This document shows, in pieces, positions 1 through 8,945 of a stretch of 36,855 nucleotides of DNA. Each line of letters begins with the position of its first letter. The first letter of the stretch is position 1. Source of the DNA: Patescibacteria group bacterium (GTDB taxonomy: Bacteria; Patescibacteriota; Gracilibacteria; UM-FILTER-43-11); the NCBI GenBank assembly GCA_029260985.1, contig JAJDCE010000061.1, forward strand, positions 1 to 36,855, read 5' to 3'. The notes under the pieces are model-generated. The model did not search any database, was not told the origin of the DNA, and saw only the letters and a program-made list of their open reading frames with translations. Both the position numbers and the translations under genes were made by a program.

Positions 1-1
1 A

Positions 2-805
2 GCAGAAACTCTCCCCGTCTACAGCCAGCCAAACCTCCAAAGTCCTGCCAACTTCTCAATGACAAAAGGGATGCGTGTAAACCCACTCGAAACCCTTATA
101 GATAATGGAATCCGATGGTTTAAGATAAATAGCCGCTATTGGCTGCCAGCCATCGAGCCCATGGGCAAGGTAAATGTGGAACAAAAAGCTAAATCTACTT
201 ACATCGAAGACCTATATGGCATCTTCAGCATATCCCATCGCTACGCGGTAAAAATGGTGAAATATCCAGGGGCAAAAGGAAGAATGGAAACCTATAAGAA
301 AATTGGAAGTGAATATGTTATGCAAAACTCATACCCTATTTCATACCGAAAAGAAGGTTTAAAAACGAAATACGGTGACCTGAAAAGCCCGGGGGGAAAT
401 GTAGTCCGCTACCTTTATCGAACCACCAGAAGCGGCATGAACGGATGGGATAAAGAAGGAAAACATTTCGGAGTTTATAAAGTGAGTTTTCCAATGCCGC
501 ATGACGCATTGCCTCATCTAATGGCTGGACGAATCACAAATTATCAATACAACAAAATCCCTACCATCAACTGGAGAGGTGAAGGTGAAAACCGTATGCT
601 CTACCCACACCCACCTAGTTACATGGGAGCAGACATCGTCCTTCATACTGGACGTAAGGGATCAAGGGGTTGTATCAATATCGAAAATGAACAAATGAGC
701 TTTTTCTACCACGAAGATGTGGTCACCGAAAACGACAAAGAAATCATCCCATTAGTAATCTATGATGAGGATGTAATCGCACCGCCAATTGGTGAGCTCC
801 TCTAA
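2..805 (+). CDS. L,D-transpeptidase (YkuD-like) family protein with N-terminal SH3b-like segment; 5'-truncated by the window edge
   Basis: The frame is open from base 2 (AETLPVYSQPNLQSPANFSM...). The C-terminal HTGRKGSRGCINI resembles the YkuD H...SxGC catalytic motif. LPVYSQPNLQS...WFKI...W resembles SH3b. Confidence 0.6.
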   Translation, partial: AETLPVYSQPNLQSPANFSMTKGMRVNPLETLIDNGIRWFKINSRYWLPAIEPMGKVNVEQKAKSTYIEDLYGIFSISHRYAVKMVKYPGAKGRMETYKKIGSEYVMQNSYPISYRKEGLKTKYGDLKSPGGNVVRYLYRTTRSGMNGWDKEGKHFGVYKVSFPMPHDALPHLMAGRITNYQYNKIPTINWRGEGENRMLYPHPPSYMGADIVLHTGRKGSRGCINIENEQMSFFYHEDVVTENDKEIIPLVIYDEDVIAPPIGELL

Positions 806-824
806 TTCGGCTATTGATTATACA

Positions 825-2090
825 TCACCTTCTCCGACTCCCCTTTCGGCGGAATGATGTACGAGACCCCATCCGTACTCGCTGTGCTTTAGGCGCTTCA
901 TGCTCAGGCTCAGGGAGATCTGCGGGCAAATTCGCCTTAGTTAATCTTGTTTCAATCAAACGCTCAATTTTCTTCAGCTTATCGCTTTGACTGGGCATAA
1001 TAAACGTAATAGCACGTCCAACCTTGCCAGCCCTCCCGGTACGACCTATGCGATGAACATAGTCTTCAGCATACTCAGGAACATCATAATTGATCACCAG
1101 GGCAATCCCCTGCACATCAATGCCACGGGCAGCAATATCTGTTGCTACCAGCACCCGATATTTCCCTTTCTTAAAACCCTCCAATGCCTCCCTTCGCTGG
1201 TTCAATGATCGATTGGAATGAATCTCGGCTGCAGTAAGATGTGTTTTTCTCACGTCGCGGCATATCTTTTTAGCACCATATTTAGTACGACTAAAAACAA
1301 GCACTGTGCCTTCGTACTGCTTAAGAAGCTTTTCCAGCAAATGTCTCTTCTGATTCCGCGCGACAATGTAGATTTCCTGATCTACCCCCTCAGCGGTAGT
1401 ACCTTGACGTGCCACCTCCACATGAGTGGGGCGTTTCATATATTGAGTAGCTATTTTTACAATTTCGTTCGGCATTGTGGCCGAAAAGAGCATCGTCTGA
1501 CGATCTTTAGGCACTACATTCAGTATCTTTCTGATCTGAGGTTCAAAACCCATATCGAGCATCCGATCCGCTTCATCAAGCACTAACACACTCACGTCAT
1601 TCAACCGAATCGTTCTCTCTTCAATATGATTGATGATTCGGCCTGGCGTACCGATGATCACATGCGGATTCTTACGAAGATCCTGTATCTGACGCCTCAT
1701 AGGAGCTCCGCCAATAATCAAAGCGGTGCGAAGCCCGAATGACCGAGCAATCTTTTGCAAAGTTTCTTCTACCTGTAAAGCCAATTCACGAGTGGGCAAA
1801 AGAATCAGCCCCCCTCCGCCATGACGGATAAGCCGTTGAATGATGGGCAGGCTGAAAGCCAGCGTTTTACCGGTACCGGTTTGTGCGACACCAATAATAT
1901 CCTCCCCCTTTAATCCATCAGGTATGGCCTGAGCCTGAATAGGGGTAGGTATATGAAATTTGAGTTGATCCAGCACTTTCAGAATAGGATCATCAAGTCC
2001 TAAATTGTGAAAACTTGGTTTATTGGAATTCTCTCTTCGAGCCTGAGAGATGGCCTCAGAGCCGAAGGCAGTATCTTTTTGTTTATTCAT
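825..2090 (-). CDS. rhlE: DEAD-box ATP-dependent RNA helicase (RhlE-like)
   Basis: Q motif PTPIQ, AQTGTGKT, PTRELA, LDEADRMLDMGF, SAT, ARGID and HRIGRTGR motifs; basic C-terminal tail. Confidence 0.9.
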   Translation of the reverse strand: MNKQKDTAFGSEAISQARRENSNKPSFHNLGLDDPILKVLDQLKFHIPTPIQAQAIPDGLKGEDIIGVAQTGTGKTLAFSLPIIQRLIRHGGGGLILLPTRELALQVEETLQKIARSFGLRTALIIGGAPMRRQIQDLRKNPHVIIGTPGRIINHIEERTIRLNDVSVLVLDEADRMLDMGFEPQIRKILNVVPKDRQTMLFSATMPNEIVKIATQYMKRPTHVEVARQGTTAEGVDQEIYIVARNQKRHLLEKLLKQYEGTVLVFSRTKYGAKKICRDVRKTHLTAAEIHSNRSLNQRREALEGFKKGKYRVLVATDIAARGIDVQGIALVINYDVPEYAEDYVHRIGRTGRAGKVGRAITFIMPSQSDKLKKIERLIETRLTKANLPADLPEPEHEAPKAQRVRMGSRTSFRRKGSRRR

Positions 2091-2114
2091 TAGGGTTTTA
2101 ACTTTATAAAATTA

Positions 2115-2561
2115 TTATACATCATCTCTTGCTGTAAGGTGAATTAAATCTGGCGGTATTTTTCTGACCTGAACCGTATTAGCGCCAGCTAATACCAATT
2201 GAACAAATCTATGGAGACCATCTAAAGTCAGCCATTTTCCCCTCCTGTTTTTCATAACATCAAGTGGATACGAGGTATCTCCGCCATTAATTCTATCGCG
2301 ATGCTCAGGATATTGATCTGCATTCTGGATAACCTCATTCGGCGTAATCACTATGTCACCTCGCTCATTTTCCCAAAATGGAACATCAAGTATCCACAAC
2401 AATTCATCTATCTCCATTTCTTCAACAGGAACATCTAATGCCCATAATTTTTCATTATCTCTCCAAAACGGCAAATCAAAGGCATGCTCAGTATGTCTCG
2501 GATCAACATATATATCCCTCTCCGTATCGGCCTGTGATGAACTTTCAGGTGACTGAATCAT
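2115..2561 (-). CDS. hypothetical protein with ParB/sulfiredoxin-like N-terminal-domain motif
   Basis: YPLDV...WLTLDGLHRF matches the ParB/Srx 'P.....(I/L)DG(H/L)HR' pattern. Confidence 0.5.
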   Translation of the reverse strand: MIQSPESSSQADTERDIYVDPRHTEHAFDLPFWRDNEKLWALDVPVEEMEIDELLWILDVPFWENERGDIVITPNEVIQNADQYPEHRDRINGGDTSYPLDVMKNRRGKWLTLDGLHRFVQLVLAGANTVQVRKIPPDLIHLTARDDV

Positions 2562-2567
2562 AATATT

Positions 2568-2595
2568 ATTATATATAATAATTTAAATTTGTCAA
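2568..2595 (-). promoter_or_regulatory. sigma70-type promoter, probably producing a leaderless mRNA for 2115..2561
   Basis: TTGACA (2595-2590), 16 nt, then TATAAT (2573-2568). The ATG starts 7 nt after the -10 box. Confidence 0.45.
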
Positions 2596-2632
2596 TACAC
2601 TGAAATAAGCCAAAAACAAGCTAATGGTAAAG

Positions 2633-2717
2633 TGGTGAGCGATGGAAGACTTGAACTTCCGACCTCTACATTATCAGTGTAGCGCTCTAACCATCCGCCT
2701 AAGGCGGATAATCGCTG
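2633..2717 (-). pseudogene. tRNA-Ile(GAT)-derived copy with the D-arm 7-mer replaced by a 15-nt palindrome
   Basis: 2633-2693 matches 2972-3032 at 60/61 nt, including the CCA end. GCTCAGC is replaced by TCCGCCTTAGGCGGA. The acceptor stem has a C1:C72 mismatch and a compensated A2-U71 pair. It overlaps the GIY-YIG stop codon. Confidence 0.8.
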
Positions 2718-2953
2718 AGTATTTGCTTTAAGTATTCACGACCTTTTCCTGACTTCAAAAATTTTTCTCTTCTTCTGGCATCATTTTGAATTTCATATTC
2801 CTCAAAATAGACAAGAGACCACGGACCTCTTTTTTGAGTATAGGAGCTAAAGCCATCTATCAAGGTGTGCTTTATTATTCTTTTTTTCAAATTACTCGTA
2901 AAACCTTTATATAGAATTCCTTTAGAATTCCTCATTACGTATACAAAATACAT
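2699..2953 (-). CDS. small stand-alone GIY-YIG nuclease (UPF0213/YhbQ-like)
   Basis: FVY...LYKG (GIY-YIG motif), NLKKRIIKH, YT...PWSLVYFE, ARRREKFLKSGKGRE; 84 aa. Confidence 0.85.
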   Translation of the reverse strand: MYFVYVMRNSKGILYKGFTSNLKKRIIKHTLIDGFSSYTQKRGPWSLVYFEEYEIQNDARRREKFLKSGKGREYLKQILSDYPP

Positions 2954-2971
2954 TCTAAATACAAAAATAGA

Positions 2972-3048
2972 TGGTGGGCGATGGAAGACTTGAACTTCCG
3001 ACCTCTACATTATCAGTGTAGCGCTCTAACCAGCTGAGCTAATCGCCC
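2972..3048 (-). tRNA. tRNA-Ile(GAT)
   Basis: GGGCGATTAGCTCAGCTGGTTAGAGCG-CTACA-CTGATAA-TGTAG-AGGTC-GGAAG-TTCAAGT-CTTCC-ATCGCCC-ACCA; canonical 77-nt cloverleaf with encoded CCA. Confidence 0.97.
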
Positions 3049-3060
3049 TTTGATTTTAGA

Positions 3061-3093
3061 CTCTAACCATCTGCCTGAGGCAGATAATCGCCC
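3061..3093 (-). repeat. 5' fragment of tRNA-Ile carrying a palindrome in place of the D-arm 7-mer
   Basis: GGGCGATTA-TCTGCCTCAGGCAGA-TGGTTAGAG; the flanks are identical to the tRNA-Ile 5' region. Confidence 0.8.
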
Positions 3094-3112
3094 TCTTAAA
3101 TTGACGAGAAGA

Positions 3113-3141
3113 AAGATACCGAAGCCCTGAAAACAAGTCAA
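3113..3141 (-). promoter_or_regulatory. putative promoter of the tRNA-Ile/GIY-YIG unit
   Basis: TTGACT, 17 nt, TATCTT; resembles the 16S promoter. Confidence 0.55.
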
Positions 3142-3142
3142 A

Positions 3143-5350
3143 TTATTTTTCTTCAAAATCGATATCTGGATTACTCGGAATCGCTATTGAGCCTGTCATT
3201 TTACCCTTCTCAATAGAACCGACCACATTAAATGGGCCATCTGCAGAAACTTTCTGACCCGCCGCATCAATAGTTGCATCAAGACTTCCGCTCAAAACAA
3301 ATACCCCCGTGATCTGATCAATAGAACCCGTACAGCGGGTCGAATTCGCAGAACCGGAACCTGTTGAAGAATTACCGGCAAAAGTCGTAGTAAACGAAGT
3401 ATTCATAGCTGTGGTACAAGTAGCAGACCCATCTTCGTTAAAAGTGATCGCTATAGTCCCGGACGTTGTCTCAGTCACCGAAATTGTCATCCCTTGCTCA
3501 GAATGAGTTTGGGTATTAGGGCGGCTAAAGCTGGCTGTTTTTGTGCCGACAAAAACCGTGTTAACAATCTCTTCATCCTCTTCTTCAGCCTCCTCCTCAG
3601 ACGGTGTTAATCTGATCATTCCGTCCCAAGAACCTACAATATACTCATCAGTGTAATCTTTAATCGCGTAAGTAAACGGAGACGTCACCGATCCAGACTC
3701 ATAACCCTTGGCCGTCACCGAAATCGTAATATTAAGTGGCGTAGGTTCAATCGTTGGTTTTACCAAAAAAGTTCCATCATCAACCGTTCGGTCTGAACCT
3801 AAACTTTTCCCCCCACTGGTTTTGATAGTCACCACCGCATTTTCAATTGATTCCCCCTCAACAGCATCAATCACCTCCCCGGTAATATAGGCATCAGGAT
3901 CAAGCTCAAAATTGTAAGGAATGTCTAAATAATCCTTTCCGCCAACGGGCATTTCAAAAACATCCGCACCATTGGTTATTTGAATTTTTCCGGATGACAT
4001 GGAAATGTCGTAACTGGCGTCTTCAAAACCTTGGGCCTTAAAAGTAACCGTGTAAGCTCCTCCATTCTGAAAATAAACTTCGTAGGCCGCCCCCTTATTC
4101 CATTCCCCCCTAATATCTTCCTTGATACCTTTACTCTTTGCACTAATTGTTCCCACGCCAATCAGCGCCTTGGTAGCGCTATTTTTCAACGTTCCTTTTA
4201 CGCGAAAACCTTCACTTAAAAAACCGGGTAAATAATCAAATCCCTCTTCTTGGATTGTATCAAGGATCGCCCCCATTCCGCAGTTAAGGAGATCTCCTTT
4301 GCAAGGGCCAATTTCGGAATCAATAGTGGCAAATCGAGTTGCCAGCTGTGCGCAGCCTAAATAAGCAAGGGGAGATGAAGCTCCGCCTGTAAATAAAATA
4401 CTCCCTAGGCCAATACCGCATCCAATCACACTCATAGAAGTTCCAAAATCAGGCATTTCTTTCAAAAAACAATCAAATTCTTCATTTTTACAGAATTCAT
4501 CAACTGCCAAACCAATTCCCAACTTCAACAGTTTAACATCAGGAGGAAGAGCTGCGTCAAATGCGTCATATAAAGTTTCAGAAGTGATGCGATCTTCATC
4601 AATTGTTGAAGCATTAGCTGAAGGGAAAAACCAGTTATATATAACCGCCTGAAATTTAGAAGAATCTAGAGTTCTGGTTAAAGTTTCTTTTGTTCCATCA
4701 GGCTTTGTAATGGTTAAATCCACCGTCGTTTCAGTATAGTTACTAAAATTTACAATCGTTCCGTTAAAAGTAAATGTTCCCGGAAGTCCATAATCATTTA
4801 TTTTCATCAGCCCTTCTGTGCCATCATTACCTCTTATCACCACCGCATCAGGGTATTTTTTACCATCAACTGTTTTAGTCATAAACGCCATTCCCTCACG
4901 GTTTTCAGAAACAACTACCGAATGAACATTGCTATTTGGATCTGTATTTCTATGAATCACAGTTTTCCCAATTTCTGTCACAGGCTTCCCTACACCGCAC
5001 TTAAGTTTGTAAAACAATTCAGTCTGGCAGCGAATTCCATCCTTGCCATCGTTTATAAAACATACATCAAAAGCTTTCCCTTCAAACTCTTCCTGATGAA
5101 CAGTGCCCTTCTTCTCCTTACAATAATTAGCCCACTTTTGCTTATCTGGAAACCTGACTATATCTGACGCCTCTTTCGCAGGCGTTTTCATCACCCCTCC
5201 TTCACTCTTCTCAGCTTCTACCAGTTCTGTTTTTTCAAAGCGCTCAAGAATCTGATCAACCAAAGGATCAGAAGATGTTGAGTAATCATAAACCAAGTAG
5301 CTCCCTCCGATAAAAAGAAGGGCAAAGATGAGTTTAAATAGGTTTTTCAT
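3143..5350 (-). CDS. membrane-anchored/secreted surface protein with carboxypeptidase-regulatory-like (beta-sandwich) domains
   Basis: N-terminal hydrophobic anchor. ITGEVIDAVEGESIENAVVTI...ISVTAKGYES and VKGTLKNSAT...YTVTFKAQGFED resemble CarboxypepD_reg. Cys-rich segments are present. Confidence 0.55.
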   Translation of the reverse strand: MKNLFKLIFALLFIGGSYLVYDYSTSSDPLVDQILERFEKTELVEAEKSEGGVMKTPAKEASDIVRFPDKQKWANYCKEKKGTVHQEEFEGKAFDVCFINDGKDGIRCQTELFYKLKCGVGKPVTEIGKTVIHRNTDPNSNVHSVVVSENREGMAFMTKTVDGKKYPDAVVIRGNDGTEGLMKINDYGLPGTFTFNGTIVNFSNYTETTVDLTITKPDGTKETLTRTLDSSKFQAVIYNWFFPSANASTIDEDRITSETLYDAFDAALPPDVKLLKLGIGLAVDEFCKNEEFDCFLKEMPDFGTSMSVIGCGIGLGSILFTGGASSPLAYLGCAQLATRFATIDSEIGPCKGDLLNCGMGAILDTIQEEGFDYLPGFLSEGFRVKGTLKNSATKALIGVGTISAKSKGIKEDIRGEWNKGAAYEVYFQNGGAYTVTFKAQGFEDASYDISMSSGKIQITNGADVFEMPVGGKDYLDIPYNFELDPDAYITGEVIDAVEGESIENAVVTIKTSGGKSLGSDRTVDDGTFLVKPTIEPTPLNITISVTAKGYESGSVTSPFTYAIKDYTDEYIVGSWDGMIRLTPSEEEAEEEDEEIVNTVFVGTKTASFSRPNTQTHSEQGMTISVTETTSGTIAITFNEDGSATCTTAMNTSFTTTFAGNSSTGSGSANSTRCTGSIDQITGVFVLSGSLDATIDAAGQKVSADGPFNVVGSIEKGKMTGSIAIPSNPDIDFEEK

Positions 5351-5412
5351 AAATTTATTTTAAGGTCTTCGTAGAGTCTAACACGAAAAACCTATCATGA
5401 AAATCATGAGTC

Positions 5413-6930
5413 CTATTTGACCAATTCACCCGTATAAACCACCTCGAAAGCAGAACCGGGAACCGATTTGAGCTGTCCCAGATCGTCATCATCCCACTTA
5501 GCATTGGTCTCACCCGTAATAAACCAATCGGAACCATTATCAGCCACAATCATCCCATACTTTTTCAAAGCCTTCAAAATCACCAAAGCATCACCGGTAA
5601 AACCGGAAAGATCATAACTGGCTTTCAATCGCAAACGAAGCCCCATGGGTGAATGATTGGGATTGGTGGAAGAACTTGCATAATGAGTAGCGGGCTTGAT
5701 GTAAGCACGTTGGGATTCGCTAACGGTAAATCGAAGGGCGTGATTAATTTCACCCGATTTCACCTCATCGTATCGAACCAAACCTGGGAAAATCGGTAAA
5801 CCTGCCGCGTCAGCAGACGTCCAGCCGTCGGGTCGAAGGGCATTAGAATTGAGATCAAAAATGGCTCCTGATCCAACCTCCCATCTTGAACCTGACCAGG
5901 TAGAATCAAACGTTTCGTAAAGCTTACAGGCATCGGTATCAATCACCAGAATATGCCCGTCACTCCCCGCTTCAATCTCGGCACCGGAAGGAATAGGATA
6001 TCCTTCAGCAGGAAGATCGCTTTCATCATCATAATAAGCGCTAATCGGCACTTTCTTTTGACTGCTATCCACAGTCATCCACGGAATTCCGTAATCCGGA
6101 TTAGAACCGAAATCAGGGTGAATATTAGAACGGCCAGATAGAATTGAATTGATATAGCCGTCTGAGTTTTCATGAAGAGAATAGCCTGAAACATCAGTAT
6201 TCCAAGGATTGTCCGCAGGGAAGACCTGACACGATCCGACCTTCGGCGCGTCAACAGAGTTTTGAGTTTTCTCCTCCACCTCTTGGCTCTCTACATATTG
6301 GTGGGCTTTAGCAATAATCTTAGCTGCTTCACCTCGAGTGATTTTATTTCCAGGGCCAAACCGACCATCATTATAACCCTGAACATACCCCTTCATTACT
6401 GCAAACTGGATGTATTTTTTAAACCATTGATTCGACACATCAGAAAAATTTGAAAAACCACCCTTAATATCTGCATCAGAAAAAGCTGACAGCAAAATCA
6501 TTTTTAAAGCTTCAGCACGGTTCACTGATGTATTTGGCCTAAAGGAGCCGTTTGCATATCCCTTCACCCAACCCATTTTTTTTGCCTTATAAACCGCTGG
6601 AGCATACCAGGCAGATTCACTCACATCATAAAAATCATCCGAAGTGGTCGTTAAATCGCTCCCAAATTTACATTGAGTGAGCATCTTCGCAAGTTCAGCC
6701 CGAGTAATGGGTGTATCAGGTCTGAATTCCCCCAAATATTCACCATCTGCATTCTTAAAGCCATAAATTTGACACTCAGTTTTCAACTTATCTGCAAATG
6801 CCTTAGACCAATGAGAAGAGGTATCCCTAAAATCACTAGGAGGAGTTGCTGCAAACGCCATCGTAAAATAAACCGCCGTTAAAAGTATAGCGACAATAAT
6901 CGACAGAAGAATATGTATCGGCTTTTTCAT
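5413..6930 (-). CDS. S-layer homology (SLH) domain protein with uncharacterised C-terminal globular domain
   Basis: Signal peptide and three SLH repeats (FRPDTPITRAE, FRPNTSVNRAE, FGPGNKITRGE). The C-terminal domain contains FPADNPWN, DAAGLPIFPGL, HALRFT and YGMIVADNG. Confidence 0.8.
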   Translation of the reverse strand: MKKPIHILLSIIVAILLTAVYFTMAFAATPPSDFRDTSSHWSKAFADKLKTECQIYGFKNADGEYLGEFRPDTPITRAELAKMLTQCKFGSDLTTTSDDFYDVSESAWYAPAVYKAKKMGWVKGYANGSFRPNTSVNRAEALKMILLSAFSDADIKGGFSNFSDVSNQWFKKYIQFAVMKGYVQGYNDGRFGPGNKITRGEAAKIIAKAHQYVESQEVEEKTQNSVDAPKVGSCQVFPADNPWNTDVSGYSLHENSDGYINSILSGRSNIHPDFGSNPDYGIPWMTVDSSQKKVPISAYYDDESDLPAEGYPIPSGAEIEAGSDGHILVIDTDACKLYETFDSTWSGSRWEVGSGAIFDLNSNALRPDGWTSADAAGLPIFPGLVRYDEVKSGEINHALRFTVSESQRAYIKPATHYASSSTNPNHSPMGLRLRLKASYDLSGFTGDALVILKALKKYGMIVADNGSDWFITGETNAKWDDDDLGQLKSVPGSAFEVVYTGELVK

Positions 6931-6986
6931 GACAACGTTTTATTTTATAAAAGAGGTCTGAATTATAACGAAAATAATGCAAGAAG

Positions 6987-7796
6987 TTAACCCGCCATTC
7001 CATCTGCATAAGCCTGCATTTTGGGGAAAGCCCTCTCAACCAAATAACGAACCATTCTGCGCAAACGATTAGCATCGCAATTAAAACCGGTTTCGAATCC
7101 AAATTTCTTAAGCAAAGTGCTTATGGTAGCATCCTGAGCATCCTGAAATCTGAGTAAAATTGCCCTAATATACCCCCTTCTGTCGTCCAAATTATACAAA
7201 CGGGTATCAATCTGAGTTAACTTACCCTCTCTTGCAATAACATCACCTACCTCAACACCACATTTCGACATTTCTATTTTGGAATGTATATCGGCATCTG
7301 GGAGCTTTAGATTGCTAATGCTGGGATTCAAAGTTTTCTTTCTAGGGTTTAAAACAGCACCAAACTCACCCAATAACTGACCCCCTACAATATCCAAACC
7401 TCTGCTATCGGACTGTCTAATAACCTGACCAATGCTAAAAATATCAAGCAATTGCCGCCTCACCTCTTCAGAATGGAATAAATGAGCCACTCTCAAAGTC
7501 TCAGCATCTAGATAGCCCTGACGTAAATAATATTCTGCCACCTCATGATGAACTTTGCCATTTCTAACCAACGTCTCACCATGATTCTCAGTGGGAGTTA
7601 CTGTAAGACCATGCCGACACTGAGTTTCATAATCAAATTCAGCCGCTTCAGGGCGAGGATCCTGCCAAATTTTACCAAACCAATTTGGTATTTTATGAAC
7701 CTCCCCTCTTTCTTCATCTAGCCAAACACTATGTTCAGCACCGGATGTCTGACGACCTTTTAACCTGACTATATCTGGATTACTGGATTTATTCAT
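6987..7796 (-). CDS. hypothetical protein, possibly kinase-like fold
   Basis: Long ORF whose start overlaps the queG stop (ATGA). SGAEHSVW...VHK at the N-terminus, then ISNL and QIDT later. Confidence 0.55.
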   Translation of the reverse strand: MNKSSNPDIVRLKGRQTSGAEHSVWLDEERGEVHKIPNWFGKIWQDPRPEAAEFDYETQCRHGLTVTPTENHGETLVRNGKVHHEVAEYYLRQGYLDAETLRVAHLFHSEEVRRQLLDIFSIGQVIRQSDSRGLDIVGGQLLGEFGAVLNPRKKTLNPSISNLKLPDADIHSKIEMSKCGVEVGDVIAREGKLTQIDTRLYNLDDRRGYIRAILLRFQDAQDATISTLLKKFGFETGFNCDANRLRRMVRYLVERAFPKMQAYADGMAG

Positions 7797-8872
7797 GAAC
7801 AGTTCAAAGATAATTGATCAATAGCCCAACGGGCGTGGTCTACAAGCATATCATCAGATTCTCGATCCACAAAATCTTGAAGTAATGGGGTTAAGCTGAC
7901 ATCTCCTGAATTCCCAGCCACAACGCAAGCATTTCGGAGAAGGCCTCTCCGCTTCGCGCGCATTAATGGAGTACCCGCAAACTTTTCCAAAAACTCCTCA
8001 TCCGTTTTGATAGATAAAAGTTCTTTCAAATCTAAAGAACTCCCAACTCCTGACTCCGGACTAAGAACTTTTATAGTGACTGTCTGATGATGAGCTCTGC
8101 CAACATTAAAAGGACAAACCTCTTGGCAGATATCGCACCCGAACAAACGATTGCCGATTTTAGACCGAAGCTCTACCGGAATCCCCTCTTTATTTTCAAT
8201 CGTTAAATAAGATATACACTTCCGCGCATCAATCTGACCAGGTTTCACGATAGCACCGGTAGGACACGCCATCTGACACTTTTGGCAGTCTCCGCAATTC
8301 GGAAAATGCCGTTTTTCAGTCGGCCTAAGTTCTAAATTTGTATAAAGCGACGCTATAAAAAAGAAACTCCCCTTCGAAGGATCAATCAAACAGGAATTTT
8401 TACCAAAAAAACCAAGCCCAGCTGTCTCCGCCAACACCCGATCCACCGTCGGCCCACTATCGACCGAAACATACGTTTCGATTTCAGATTTCACATTTCT
8501 GATTTCAGATTTCAGCCAATCAGATAATTCAATAAGTCTTTTTTTAAGAACTTTGTGATAATCCTTCCCTCTCGCATACCGAGAAACAACTCCACTATTT
8601 GAGCCACGCGACGAAGGAGCTGAGCCACAATTGGAATATATCGCCCCCAATACAATCACTGATTTAATATCAGCCAATTTGTTCTCAGGATGAAATCGAT
8701 CCTCCTTCATCCGCTCCAAATAGTCTAAATCAGCTGAGAATCCTCTCTTCATCCAATCATCAAAAACCGCTTCATGTTTCTTCAAATTCTTCCTAATTTC
8801 CTCAAGCGAAACTACGCCATGAGTAGACCATCCTTGCCCTTCGATAAATTGTTCTAATTTTTTCGGATTCAT
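7793..8872 (-). CDS. queG: tRNA epoxyqueuosine(34) reductase
   Basis: VSRYARGKDYH, VDSGP, AGLGFFGKN, CGDCQKCQMACPTGA, CISYLTIE, FGCDICQEVCPFN and RNACVVAGN motifs. Confidence 0.93.
   Translation of the reverse strand: MNPKKLEQFIEGQGWSTHGVVSLEEIRKNLKKHEAVFDDWMKRGFSADLDYLERMKEDRFHPENKLADIKSVIVLGAIYSNCGSAPSSRGSNSGVVSRYARGKDYHKVLKKRLIELSDWLKSEIRNVKSEIETYVSVDSGPTVDRVLAETAGLGFFGKNSCLIDPSKGSFFFIASLYTNLELRPTEKRHFPNCGDCQKCQMACPTGAIVKPGQIDARKCISYLTIENKEGIPVELRSKIGNRLFGCDICQEVCPFNVGRAHHQTVTIKVLSPESGVGSSLDLKELLSIKTDEEFLEKFAGTPLMRAKRRGLLRNACVVAGNSGDVSLTPLLQDFVDRESDDMLVDHARWAIDQLSLNCS
8480..8514. repeat. heptamer tandem array (GATTTCA) x5 inside queG
   Basis: gatttca gatttca catttct gatttca gatttca; encodes KSEIRNVKSEI. 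Confidence 0.75.
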
Positions 8873-8945
8873 AATATTACTTCTTCTGCCATTTTACCCC
8901 ATAAAACATTCCAAAAAAATGCAAAATATGATATAATATAATAAA

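Noticed and set aside
2633..2717. Second functional tRNA-Ile
   Set aside because: The D-stem 5' strand is replaced and the 1:72 pair is mismatched, so canonical function is unlikely.
2633..3048. Prophage or genomic island attL/attR at tRNA-Ile
   Set aside because: There is no integrase, only about 255 bp lie between the copies, and the duplication includes 5' tRNA sequence with a palindrome substitution.
825..8872. Genetic code 25 (UGA=Gly), as in Gracilibacteria/Absconditabacteria
   Set aside because: Long genes are intact under code 11, and rhlE and queG end at TGA at expected positions.
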